A stretch of DNA of 23,144 bases from Gracilibacteraceae bacterium (GTDB lineage Bacteria; Bacillota; Desulfitobacteriia; Desulfitobacteriales; Syntrophobotulaceae), in NCBI GenBank assembly GCA_031255985.1, contig JAIRRL010000198.1, positions 1-23,144 of the forward strand. The letters run 5' to 3'. A model generated the notes under the pieces. The model ran no database searches, was not told the DNA's origin, and was given only the letters and a program-made list of their open reading frames with translations. The first letter of the stretch is position 1. Each line of letters opens with the position of its first letter. The translations under genes and the position numbers were made by a program. Below are positions 1-7,754 of the stretch, piece by piece.

Positions 1-1
1 C

Positions 2-160
2 TATGTGCATATATGGCATGACATTTTCAAGCTTCTTGCTGACGTGAAAAATCAGCAAGTGGAGGATTTTTTCATTGATTACCTCGTCAACGATGAAAAA
101 AACCGACCGGATATAACAAGGATAGTTGATATCTACTTTGTGATCTCCAACGACCAGTAA
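2..160 (+). CDS. 3' fragment of an unidentified protein-coding gene that runs off the window start
   Basis: Frame 2 is open from the window edge to a TAA at about 158-160 (…HIWHDIFKLLADVKNQQVEDFFIDYLVNDEKNRPDITRIVDIYFVISNDQ*). AT-richer than the neighbours. No family recognised. Confidence 0.25.
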   Translation, partial: YVHIWHDIFKLLADVKNQQVEDFFIDYLVNDEKNRPDITRIVDIYFVISNDQ

Positions 161-285
161 GAACGACGAGAACCGAATACCGCCCTGCCTTTGTGAGCGC
201 AGCCTGGCATTTTCTTGCTCTCCGCTCAAAAATCCCGTATTGGCATCCCAGCGCAACCGCAAAAAGCGTTGCCACATTTGAAGTT

Positions 286-344
286 CGCCCTTTAGCCGCC
301 GCGCCGGGGCGCGGCGGCTAAAGGGCGCGTTCTATTTTTGCTCC
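286..344. terminator. Long perfect palindrome (about 19-bp arms, CGCCCTTTAGCCGCCGCGCC/GGCGCGGCGGCTAAAGGGCG) followed by a T-run on the + strand. Likely a bidirectional intrinsic terminator between the convergent gene at the window start and the ferredoxin gene.
   Basis: Read directly: a GC-rich stem of about 19 bp with a GGG loop, then TTCTATTTTTG. It lies just 3' of both the + fragment and the minus-strand fdx stop. Confidence 0.5.
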
Positions 345-532
345 AGCGCCTCTTTGGGGCAAAAGTCGATGCATTCGCCGCACATCACGCATTTTTCCCC
401 GTCGATTTCAGGCAGCGCAAATATATCTTTTTGCGTTATCGCCTCCTGCGGGCAAACCGCGATCGCGGGACATTTGTGATCTTGCGGACATTTATCCGGG
501 TTGACCGTCACCCGCCCGGCGGCGGCCGTCAT
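332..532 (-). CDS. 2x[4Fe-4S] ferredoxin
   Basis: 66 aa with two Cys clusters (CPQDHKCPAIAVCP and CVMCGECIDFCP), typical of clostridial-type ferredoxins. Its start overlaps the stop of the upstream trxB-like gene (ATGA). Confidence 0.8.
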   Translation of the reverse strand: MTAAAGRVTVNPDKCPQDHKCPAIAVCPQEAITQKDIFALPEIDGEKCVMCGECIDFCPKEALEQK

Positions 533-1752
533 CGGGTCATCCAGGCTCTGAGGGTCGATTCCAAGGTGTTGTAGCAGTCGGTACTCAGAGTGCCGCAGGC
601 GGTTTCCCGCTTCAAAAGGATAAACGTCCCCGGCGTTTGCACATTGTATTTGCGCGCCAGCATCTGCTTGCGGTACAAATCAATCTTCACCAGCTTGATT
701 TTGCCGGGGTATTCGGCGCTGATCTGTTCCGCCTTGGCGATGGCGTTGATGCTGAATTCGTTCATCGGACTCCAGAAAGCGAGCAATATCTGATCGCTGC
801 CGGCGACCATCGTCTTGTACTCTTCAAATTCTTCAATATAGTGGCCGGCGGCGTGGGCCGCCACCGCTCCGTCCGCCGCCGCCGTCACGACCTGGCGCAG
901 GTATTTTTGCCGGCAGTCGCCGGCGGCGTAGACGCCGGATACCGAAGTCTCCATTTTGTCGCCGGTGATGATGTAGCCGTTTTTGTCGGTCTCGACCAAA
1001 TCCCGGACGACGCCGGTCATCGGCAAGAGACCCACATACATGAAAACACCGTCCACCGCCGTTTCGGTCAGGGCGCCGGTTTTCAGATTTTTGACGACGA
1101 TGGAGCTTACGTCCTCATCGCCTTTGATCTCAGCCAGCGAAGAGTTCCAGACGAATTCCAGCCGGGGATGCTGAAAAGCGATTTCGGCGCTCACTTTATT
1201 GCAGTCCACAATCCCTTCGTCGTGGATCACAATCACGATCACCTTGGCGGCGAACTTGGCGATATAGACCGCCTCTTCCAGCGCCGCGTCGCCGTTGCCG
1301 ACGACGGCGACGACGCAATCAGTGAAGTTTTCCGCGTCGCAGGTGGCGCAGTAGGAAACCCCCATCCCCCTGAATTCCTTCTCGCCGGGGACGCCGAGCA
1401 GACGAGGCTCGGTGCCCAGCGCCAGCACGACGCTCTTAGCCTGGTATTCCGGGCCTTTTTTCAGGCGGATAGTCTTGGGATCGCCCTCCAGGCTCAGTTC
1501 CCGCACTTCGCCCCGCGTGAACTCCACGCCGAATTTTTCGGCGTGAGCGCGAAAATCGGCCATCAGGGCCGGGCCGGAGACATGGGCGTGAAAACCGGGA
1601 TAATTGGCGATTTCTCTGGTCGAGTAAGCGGCGCCGCCAACCGCGCCTTTTTCAATGATCAAAGTCTTCAAACGGGAACGGCCGCCGTAGACGCCGGCCG
1701 CCATTCCGGCGGCGCCGCCGCCTATAATTATGATATCATACAGATTATCCAC
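529..1752 (-). CDS. trxB: Thioredoxin reductase-family flavoprotein with a C-terminally fused thioredoxin-like domain that lacks CxxC
   Basis: FAD motif GGGAAG. Redox-active CATC (CATCDA). The second dinucleotide motif GNGDAALEEA is present, but the NADPH-specific HRRD is replaced by IHDEG. C-terminal ~100 aa align to the thioredoxin fold (ILLAFW-SPMN… versus FWAEWCGPCK) with both active-site Cys absent. GTG start preceded by a GGGGG RBS. Confidence 0.8.
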   Translation of the reverse strand: MDNLYDIIIIGGGAAGMAAGVYGGRSRLKTLIIEKGAVGGAAYSTREIANYPGFHAHVSGPALMADFRAHAEKFGVEFTRGEVRELSLEGDPKTIRLKKGPEYQAKSVVLALGTEPRLLGVPGEKEFRGMGVSYCATCDAENFTDCVVAVVGNGDAALEEAVYIAKFAAKVIVIVIHDEGIVDCNKVSAEIAFQHPRLEFVWNSSLAEIKGDEDVSSIVVKNLKTGALTETAVDGVFMYVGLLPMTGVVRDLVETDKNGYIITGDKMETSVSGVYAAGDCRQKYLRQVVTAAADGAVAAHAAGHYIEEFEEYKTMVAGSDQILLAFWSPMNEFSINAIAKAEQISAEYPGKIKLVKIDLYRKQMLARKYNVQTPGTFILLKRETACGTLSTDCYNTLESTLRAWMTR

Positions 1753-1764
1753 GTTTACCCCCGT

Positions 1765-2085
1765 TCAGCCTATGGCCGCTATTTTTTCGCGCACCTGCTC
1801 CTCCGTCACCGGTCCCGCCAGTTTGCCCTGATAGTCGCCGTCCTTGAAAAACATCAAAGAGGGCACTCCTTTCAGCGGGTAAGTCTTGTAAAGAGACGCC
1901 TGTTCCTCGACGTCGACATAGTAGAAAGCACATTCGGAAGCCAATTCCGGCGCCAGTTCCTCCAGCATCGGCACGACTTCGGCGCAGACGTGACAGTTTT
2001 GGCGGGAAAAAACAATCAGACATTTTCCCCGGCCTTCGATCACGTTCCGCTCGAAAGAATCGGCGTCCAGTTTGGTTATAGCCAT
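1765..2085 (-). CDS. trx: Thioredoxin-family protein with a CHVC active site
   Basis: 106 aa of thioredoxin-fold length, with …FSRQNCHVCAEVVP… at the canonical position and a cis-Pro region (GVPSLMFF). AAAGGAGG RBS 7 nt upstream. Confidence 0.75.
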   Translation of the reverse strand: MAITKLDADSFERNVIEGRGKCLIVFSRQNCHVCAEVVPMLEELAPELASECAFYYVDVEEQASLYKTYPLKGVPSLMFFKDGDYQGKLAGPVTEEQVREKIAAIG

Positions 2086-2148
2086 TTCGCCTGTCCTCCT
2101 TTGCTTGACTGTCCGCTTCTGTCGGACTGTAAAAATATGGTATCGGCC

Positions 2149-3747
2149 CTATTGCAGAAACTCCAGGTACGGCTGCTTCAGTTCGGCCATGGCGTTGACC
2201 ATAATCTCCACCAGACCGCCGTATTGCAGATTATACTGTTCCGTCGCCTTATAGACTTCGAAAATTTCGCGCAGCGTCCCTTTGCAATTGGAACAGGGAG
2301 CGCAGACATACTTGGGCAGACTTTGATCCGTCATTTCCAGGGTAAAGGCGTTCAAAATCTGGGCGAACTTCATGCGGCCGCTGACCTGGTTGCGAAAAGA
2401 GCTGAAGTTGGGCGAGTTCATGATGGCAAAACCCGAACCGCCGCCGCAACAGTAGTTGTCCACGCCATGGGGCGTCATTTCCCGGAAAGCAGGGCACAGG
2501 GCCTGAAGGATATCCCGCTGGGGTTTTACCACCCCCATCTGCCGCACCAAATTGCAAGGGTCGTGCAAGGTCACCGGGAACGGGTTTTTGGCCGGGTCAA
2601 ACCGAATCTGTTTTTTTGTCACCATCTCCGCCAAAAGAGGGAGGGAGCTTTCCACCGGCAGCCGTTCCTCCGCCCTGATCAAGCGGTCGGAGACAATGAG
2701 GGCCGCCTTATGGGCGTGACCGCATTCCCCCACGACGACGCGGCGGATACCCAAAGCCTTCATAGCTTCGATCTGTTTCAGGGCGATCTTTTTCGCCTGG
2801 ATGTCGTCGTACCAGATTCCGTAGTTTACGCTGTCATAAGTCATGACTTCGCTGGAAAGCGTCCAGTCAAGCCCGGCTTTGTTAAACAAAATAGCGTAAG
2901 CCGCCGGGTTTTCCGGCCAGGCGACGAACTCGCCCGCGTTGTGGTAGAGTAAAATATCGGCGCCTTTTTTGTCCACCGGTATTTTTATCGACTGACCGAT
3001 TCGCTCGCCTGTGTCGTCCTCCAAAAATTCCACCATATCCAAAAACGCCGCTTTGCCGATGCCGGTGGAAGAGCCAACTTTCAGTTGCAGCATACTGCCT
3101 TTGTCGTGCAGCGGCGTCGGGGCCAGGCCCATTTCTTGGCTGAAAATCTTGCGGATCTCCTTGGCAAAAAGGGAATTGTCCAAACCGAGGGGACATGCCT
3201 GAGCGCAGCGCCGGCACAGATTGCAGCGGTAAGCCAGTTCCCCCAGGCGGCCGATGGTTTCCCAGGTGGCGTCGATCTCGGAGGCGGAAAGCGCTCGCCG
3301 GAGGGCGCCCATCCCGCTGAAATGGCTGCGGTAAAGTTTGCGCAATACCTCGGCCCGGAAAATGGGGCGGTGGGGTTCCTGGCCGCCGGAAGCCTGGAAA
3401 ACATGGCAAGCCTCGGAGCAGGTATTACATTTGGCGCAGTATTCAAAGGACAGTTCCAGGGGTTGGCGCACGCCGTTGTTGGCGTCGGAAAAAAGCTTGC
3501 CCAGGCCCTGCAAAAATTTTTCCACGAAAGCTTTCTTTTCTTCGTCGCTCGCCGGCGGCCGCATAGTGTCAATGGCCACGCAGCCGTCCAAACTGGTGCA
3601 GTATTTTTCCCGCCATTCCGGCTTTATCTCGGCGAACTTGGGTTCCGGCCACTGATCATAAGGCGCGGGCAACGGCGGCAGAGAATCGTAGTTTATAAGC
3701 CGCTCCGTCCGGCGGCCTAAATCCTTGGGCGCTATAATCCCGCTCAT
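2149..3747 (-). CDS. HdrD/DsrK-like cytoplasmic iron-sulfur protein (two ferredoxin-type 4Fe-4S motifs plus a CCG domain)
   Basis: CAKCNTCSEACHV and CNLCRRCAQACP are Cx2Cx2Cx3CP motifs. The C-terminal CCG signature is HDPCNL…CPAF…NYCCGGGSG…CAPCSNC. No signal peptide. Start overlaps the upstream membrane-protein stop (ATGA). Confidence 0.75.
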   Translation of the reverse strand: MSGIIAPKDLGRRTERLINYDSLPPLPAPYDQWPEPKFAEIKPEWREKYCTSLDGCVAIDTMRPPASDEEKKAFVEKFLQGLGKLFSDANNGVRQPLELSFEYCAKCNTCSEACHVFQASGGQEPHRPIFRAEVLRKLYRSHFSGMGALRRALSASEIDATWETIGRLGELAYRCNLCRRCAQACPLGLDNSLFAKEIRKIFSQEMGLAPTPLHDKGSMLQLKVGSSTGIGKAAFLDMVEFLEDDTGERIGQSIKIPVDKKGADILLYHNAGEFVAWPENPAAYAILFNKAGLDWTLSSEVMTYDSVNYGIWYDDIQAKKIALKQIEAMKALGIRRVVVGECGHAHKAALIVSDRLIRAEERLPVESSLPLLAEMVTKKQIRFDPAKNPFPVTLHDPCNLVRQMGVVKPQRDILQALCPAFREMTPHGVDNYCCGGGSGFAIMNSPNFSSFRNQVSGRMKFAQILNAFTLEMTDQSLPKYVCAPCSNCKGTLREIFEVYKATEQYNLQYGGLVEIMVNAMAELKQPYLEFLQ

Positions 3748-4619
3748 GTTTTTTCTCCTTCCTGGCCGGCAGCCGGCGCCGGGTTAGCATGCGGCGCGCT
3801 CCAGACCGTCTGCGGTTTGTTTTTCAGCGCCCGGTCCACCTGAGCCGCCATGCCGGAATTTTTCAGATTGGCGGCGTTGTCCCACAAAAAACGGTGGTAA
3901 GCAAAAAACTTGCCGACATAATGGCTCATTTTGCCGATGGGTATATATATGAGCAGACCGTAGACCAAAAGCAGGTGTACAGCCGCCAAAACTCCGGGCG
4001 GCGTGTAGGAGAGAGTCAGAATGTTCCGCATGGCGAGGCGGGCCGAGTCGGAAAACAGGCCGTCGCCGAACCAGAGACATGCGCCGGTAAGAAACGCCGC
4101 AAACAAGAGGATCAGATTCAGATATTCCTGGGGGGTGGTATAGATGCGCAGACGTTTGTCCGCCAAACGGCGCGCGAGTAAAATCAGCGAGCCGGCGCCG
4201 CCCAGCAGAAAGCCCAAAAAACCGCAGAGCGCCGTCAAGACCCGCAGCGCTTCCACATTGCCGGCGCCGGTCAGGGCGGTCAGGATCAGGAGCAGCGTCC
4301 AGACAAACAGACAGTACATGCCGAAGTGAAAAGGCCAGGAAGCCAGCCAAAAACTGCGGCTGCCGTGAAAGAGACGCTTGATGAATACGATTTCCCCCCC
4401 CATTTCCGCCAGTTCCGCCATATGCGAAACTTGCCGGGGTTTAGTCCACCATTCCGGTTCCTCCAGATAGGAACCGCCGTGTTTCCGGCCTTTTTCCGCC
4501 GGCGCCGGATAAAGCTCCATGCGCCCGTGCAGCGGCAGCCGGTTTAACCGGTAGGCCCTGAGGGCCGAGAGAGCAAGGAAAAGCCCCGCCGCGACGTAGG
4601 CCCCTATCCCAAACAGCAT
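3744..4619 (-). CDS. NarI/DsrM/HdrE-like integral-membrane b-type cytochrome (putative quinol-interacting subunit)
   Basis: 291 aa with about 5 hydrophobic helices and conserved-looking His in the helices (LHGRM, FHGSRSF, WPFHFGMY, AAVHLLLVYG). GGGAGG RBS. Immediately upstream of, and overlapping, the HdrD-like gene, which is the classical HdrED/DsrMK arrangement. Family assignment rests on topology and context, not on a search. Confidence 0.55.
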   Translation of the reverse strand: MLFGIGAYVAAGLFLALSALRAYRLNRLPLHGRMELYPAPAEKGRKHGGSYLEEPEWWTKPRQVSHMAELAEMGGEIVFIKRLFHGSRSFWLASWPFHFGMYCLFVWTLLLILTALTGAGNVEALRVLTALCGFLGFLLGGAGSLILLARRLADKRLRIYTTPQEYLNLILLFAAFLTGACLWFGDGLFSDSARLAMRNILTLSYTPPGVLAAVHLLLVYGLLIYIPIGKMSHYVGKFFAYHRFLWDNAANLKNSGMAAQVDRALKNKPQTVWSAPHANPAPAAGQEGEKT

Positions 4620-4669
4620 TATTCAATACCTCCCGTTCCTTGTCAGGGATTTTTTTATTCGTAATTTTC

Positions 4670-4698
4670 ATTATAAAAAAGACGGGGAGATAAGTAAA
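4670..4698 (-). promoter_or_regulatory. Candidate sigma-70 promoter for the cytochrome b/HdrD-like/trx/trxB/fdx operon
   Basis: On the minus strand, TTTACT, a 17-nt spacer and TATAAT sit in an AT-rich intergenic stretch, with the -10 about 50 nt upstream of the 4619 start. Confidence 0.35.
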
Positions 4699-4822
4699 AT
4701 CATAAATTTTTATTCCGCGATTATGTTTTATGATAGCAAGGCACAAATTTGATTTTTTGGATATATCAGGATATGATTATTGGCCTGGATATAAAGAACT
4801 TGCCGAAGACGGGAGAATTTTT

Positions 4823-5644
4823 TCAATTATTTCCGTTATGATGCCCGCTTCCGTTATGATGCCCGTTTCTGTTTTGGTTATTCGGCGCGGCGGCGTCCTC
4901 GCCGCCGGCATTGTCGCTGCTGTGACGGCTATTGCCGTGGCTTTGCGTAAGCTCGCGGATTTCGCCAATGGAATGATCGCGGCAGGAGTCCACGCTCGCG
5001 GTCGGGTCTACCTTTTGCAGTTCAAGAATAGCGAGGTATTTGGCGGGGCTGACGTCCTGTCCGCGCGCCTCGTTTCGCGCGTCCGCGCTAATAGGGAAGA
5101 CCTCCGTTCGCGGTTCGATATGATGTTTCGCCGCCGCCGCCGCCAGATTGGATTCCACGTCCGCGAGCATTGCGTTTTCCCTGTTCGTGTCGCCCGTCTG
5201 CACCGTGACGGCCAGTACGGCTTCGTCGCGCAGATAGCCTCTCGCGACGGCCGCGTCCACGATGAGCCGCATCGCCTCCCGGTAGCTTTTGTGTGTCAAA
5301 CCGGTCTCCGTGATAATGCCCGCGCCTTCGCCGTTATAGGCGCTCGCTTCGATCACGCGGCCGAATCGGTTAACGGCAAGTTCCACGGACGGGTTAATAT
5401 CGATATCAAGGAAAGCCGTCGCGCTGAAATAAGCGTAATGGGAGGACAGGCCCAGAAACAGCAGTAACGCGCAGGCCGCGGAGGCGAACGCGAACCTCAT
5501 TTTGTTGCGGCGCGCGAAAAACGGTTTCCCGCTTTCCCGTTTCCGCGATTCGTTCAAAATATATTCCAACGCTCCGGCCTTGAGACTGTCGTCCGCGCGA
5601 ATGGCGTCAAACGCATCCTTTATCTTATTCATCCGCGAAATCAC
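4823..5644 (-). CDS. Putative anti-sigma factor: N-terminal cytoplasmic segment, one TM helix, extracytoplasmic domain, His-rich C-terminal tail
   Basis: It overlaps the 3' end of the ECF sigma gene by 20 nt. There is a single hydrophobic helix (FAFASAACALLLFLGL). The tail NGHHNGSGHHNGNN is encoded by an 18-bp tandem duplication. Family not determinable without a search. Confidence 0.5.
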   Translation of the reverse strand: MISRMNKIKDAFDAIRADDSLKAGALEYILNESRKRESGKPFFARRNKMRFAFASAACALLLFLGLSSHYAYFSATAFLDIDINPSVELAVNRFGRVIEASAYNGEGAGIITETGLTHKSYREAMRLIVDAAVARGYLRDEAVLAVTVQTGDTNRENAMLADVESNLAAAAAKHHIEPRTEVFPISADARNEARGQDVSPAKYLAILELQKVDPTASVDSCRDHSIGEIRELTQSHGNSRHSSDNAGGEDAAAPNNQNRNGHHNGSGHHNGNN

Positions 5645-6113
5645 CTCCCAGCGCGTCCCTTAATCTCGCTTTCGCCCGCGCAAGCCACGTGTATACCGTG
5701 TTTTCGCTCCTGCCGAGCAGTTCGGCGATTTCCGGGGCGGAATAGCCCTCGTAGTAGAAAAGGTAGACGGCGTCCCTGTACTTCTCCGGCAGCGCCAGCA
5801 CGGCGTCCAGGACATCCCGGTTCTCGACCGGCAGATCAAAGAACGGCTCCGCCTCCAATTCCGTAAGCGACGACACCCTGCGCCGGAAAAAACTCTTCGC
5901 TGCATCCTTGCAATTGTTGACGGCGACGCGAATCAGCCACGCCTTTTCGTGTTCGCGGCTTGCAAAAGGCTCGTCGCGAAGCGCGTATTTCAGGAAGGTT
6001 TCCTGAAATACGTCCTCGACGTCGCCGTGATTTTTCAGGTGGAGAAAGCAGACGCGCCGCGCCGTGTCGGCGTAAAGCTCCACGGCGAGACGTATTTCGG
6101 CTTCACTTTTCAT
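5625..6113 (-). CDS. ECF-type RNA polymerase sigma-70 family factor
   Basis: Region 2 motif (…DVFQETFLKYA…EKAWLIRVAVNNCKD) and region 4 HTH (YRDAVYLFYYEGYSAPEIAELLGRSENTVYTWLARAKARL). Confidence 0.85.
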   Translation of the reverse strand: MKSEAEIRLAVELYADTARRVCFLHLKNHGDVEDVFQETFLKYALRDEPFASREHEKAWLIRVAVNNCKDAAKSFFRRRVSSLTELEAEPFFDLPVENRDVLDAVLALPEKYRDAVYLFYYEGYSAPEIAELLGRSENTVYTWLARAKARLRDALGGDFADE

Positions 6114-6121
6114 TCAGACTC

Positions 6122-6493
6122 CTAGTGGTGGGTACGCTTTTCCCTCGCGCGATCGTACCCGTGCCCGCAGCCTGTGGTATGGCCGAAGCAATACGTTCCG
6201 CCGTGTTCGTGATATCCGGCGAGCGTACAGCCGGAGACGGCGCAGTAGCCGTGGTAATCATGGCCGTCGTTTACGCCGTGCGCGCGGTAATATGCGCTGC
6301 CGTGCATGTGCAGCCCTGTTTCGCCGCAGTTTTCGACGTCGCAGATTGCGTAGTTCGCGTAGTTCGTATAGTTCGTGTAGTTCGTGTAGTTAGCTGTTTT
6401 TGCGCCGGCATTATGTCCGTGGGCGAAAACCGGAGCGGCGGCGAGCGTGGCCGCCAAAGCCGTGACTGTCAGTATCGTTATAATTTTCTTCAT
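6122..6493 (-). CDS. Small secreted His/Cys/Tyr/Gly-rich protein with an (NYT)n repeat; candidate periplasmic metal-binding protein
   Basis: Signal peptide MKKIITILTVTALAATLAAAPVFA|HG. Repeat NYTNYTNYTNYANY. Three repeats of C-x4-6-C followed by H-x-H(G): CDVENCGETGLHMHG, CAVSGCTLAGYHEHGG, CFGHTTGCGHGYD. The 123 aa contain about 16 His. GGGAGGA RBS. Ends 8 nt upstream of the sigma gene. Confidence 0.6.
   Translation of the reverse strand: MKKIITILTVTALAATLAAAPVFAHGHNAGAKTANYTNYTNYTNYANYAICDVENCGETGLHMHGSAYYRAHGVNDGHDYHGYCAVSGCTLAGYHEHGGTYCFGHTTGCGHGYDRAREKRTHH
6350..6394. repeat. 5 tandem copies of a 9-bp unit (GTAGTTCGY) inside the small His/Cys-rich gene, encoding the NYT/NYA repeats
   Basis: Read directly: gtagttcgc gtagttcgt atagttcgt gtagttcgt gtagttagc. 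Confidence 0.8.
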
Positions 6494-6656
6494 ATGGAAT
6501 CCTCCCTGTCCTTTTCTCCCTATTGTGTTCTTGTTCAGAGCGTGAAGTCAAACGGGATTCTGTTTTTCGCACCTAAATATAATACGATTGAACAGGCGGA
6601 AACCTTTCACTGTTTCAGAAAAAATTTTTCGCGATTGCCCTAGATGGAAATATTTG

Positions 6657-7754
6657 TCAGGCACCCTTCAGGATCTTGGTCAGTTGCGTCAGGAGGTCTG
6701 CGCCGCCTGTGACGGAAATGCTCCCCACATTGTCGCAGATTTTCTCCAGATACTCCAGTTCTTTCAGTTTATATAGCGTCTGGTTTTCGTCCATCAGTTT
6801 GGCGGTGTTCAGGAGGCTTCTCGTGGAAGCGACTTCTTCTCGCCGGGTGATGACGTTCGCCTGCGCTTTCTTTTCCGCGATCAGGACTGTGTTCATAATG
6901 TTGCGTATTTCGCCGGGCAAGATTATATCTTTTACTCCCGCATCGGAGAAAGTTACGAAATACTCCGCTTCTTTTTCTTTCAGACGGGCGAGCATACTGG
7001 CCGCCATCTGCTCTTTGTTCTCCAGAATCTCATCGAGGCGGTATTTGCCGATGTACTCGCGCAGGGCAAGCTGCAGCAGGATATGAATCTGCTTTTCGTA
7101 GTCGTCGATCTCGGTGTGAATCTTCACATAGTCCGCGATTTTATAATTGCACACGAAATTAATGCGAAGCGCTACCTTGTCGAGGGTCAGCATTTCCTGC
7201 CCGGTAATGTCCAACTGTAAAGAACGGGTGTCAACAAACTCGACAGTCGCCTTTACGCCGCCAGTCCAGAAGTAGTAAGCGCCCGGTTCGAGCAGGCGGA
7301 CAAACTTCCCGTCGTAGCAGAGCCGAGCTTTTTGGAAGTCTGCCACTTCGACCTTGTTGTACAACGCTCTCGGAATATAAGAGAATAGGTACTTCGGCAC
7401 ATCTTCGCCAACTTCCGGCGCTTTTGTGCTTATGATTCTGAACTCGTGCTTATCGTGGATTTTGAAGAAAGCATACTTGCCGCTGACAAGCGTCCTGCAG
7501 TATTTGCCGTTCACAAAATGCAACACAAGCGTCTCATCGGCGACATCGACGACTTCGACTTCGCTCGCCAGTTCCGAATTTTTCAGAAAAACTTCGATGT
7601 CGAAGCCTTCAATTTTGAACTCTGAACCCGCATGTAATACTTCTACGCTGTAGCTGCGCCCAAGTCTGACGTGCTTGCCGGATTTCAGATATTCCACAAA
7701 TTTGCCGTTCTTAAAGAGAAGTCCTCTCTGATTTTCGTTGATAATCGTTTTCAT
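6657..7754 (-). CDS. SPFH/band-7 (slipin-like) family protein
   Basis: The N-terminus MKTIINENQRGLLFKNGKF… resembles slipin family starts. The C-terminal half has the SPFH-type coiled-coil signature (…TVLIAEKKAQANVITRREEVASTRSLLNTAKLMDEN…). GC content is lower than the surrounding genes. GGGAGG RBS. Confidence 0.6.
   Translation of the reverse strand: MKTIINENQRGLLFKNGKFVEYLKSGKHVRLGRSYSVEVLHAGSEFKIEGFDIEVFLKNSELASEVEVVDVADETLVLHFVNGKYCRTLVSGKYAFFKIHDKHEFRIISTKAPEVGEDVPKYLFSYIPRALYNKVEVADFQKARLCYDGKFVRLLEPGAYYFWTGGVKATVEFVDTRSLQLDITGQEMLTLDKVALRINFVCNYKIADYVKIHTEIDDYEKQIHILLQLALREYIGKYRLDEILENKEQMAASMLARLKEKEAEYFVTFSDAGVKDIILPGEIRNIMNTVLIAEKKAQANVITRREEVASTRSLLNTAKLMDENQTLYKLKELEYLEKICDNVGSISVTGGADLLTQLTKILKGA

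Noticed and set aside
87-275. 62-aa minus-strand ORF near the window start
   Set aside because: It overlaps the 3' end of a + strand reading frame open from the window edge. No RBS and no recognisable features. Cannot be supported.
2100-2135. Partial inverted repeat GACTGTCCG…CGGACTGT between the HdrD-like and trx genes as a Rex-type or redox-regulator operator
   Set aside because: Only a 5-bp perfect stem. It does not match the Rex consensus TTGTGAA-N6-TTCACAA, and it sits inside an operon rather than at a promoter.
637-2952. 771-aa + strand ORF, with other long ORFs at 3085-3720 +, 2882-3409 -, 3081-3572 -, 3784-4350 - and 4730-5467 +
   Set aside because: They lie antisense to, or out of frame within, well-supported genes (trxB, trx, HdrD-like, cytochrome b, anti-sigma). 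Their translations are low-complexity and Arg/Gly/Ala-rich, typical of stop-poor frames in high-GC DNA. No RBS or recognisable domains.
6350-6394. CRISPR array
   Set aside because: The only tandem repeats are 9-bp and 18-bp in-frame coding repeats. There are no spacer-separated 25-40-bp repeats anywhere in the window.
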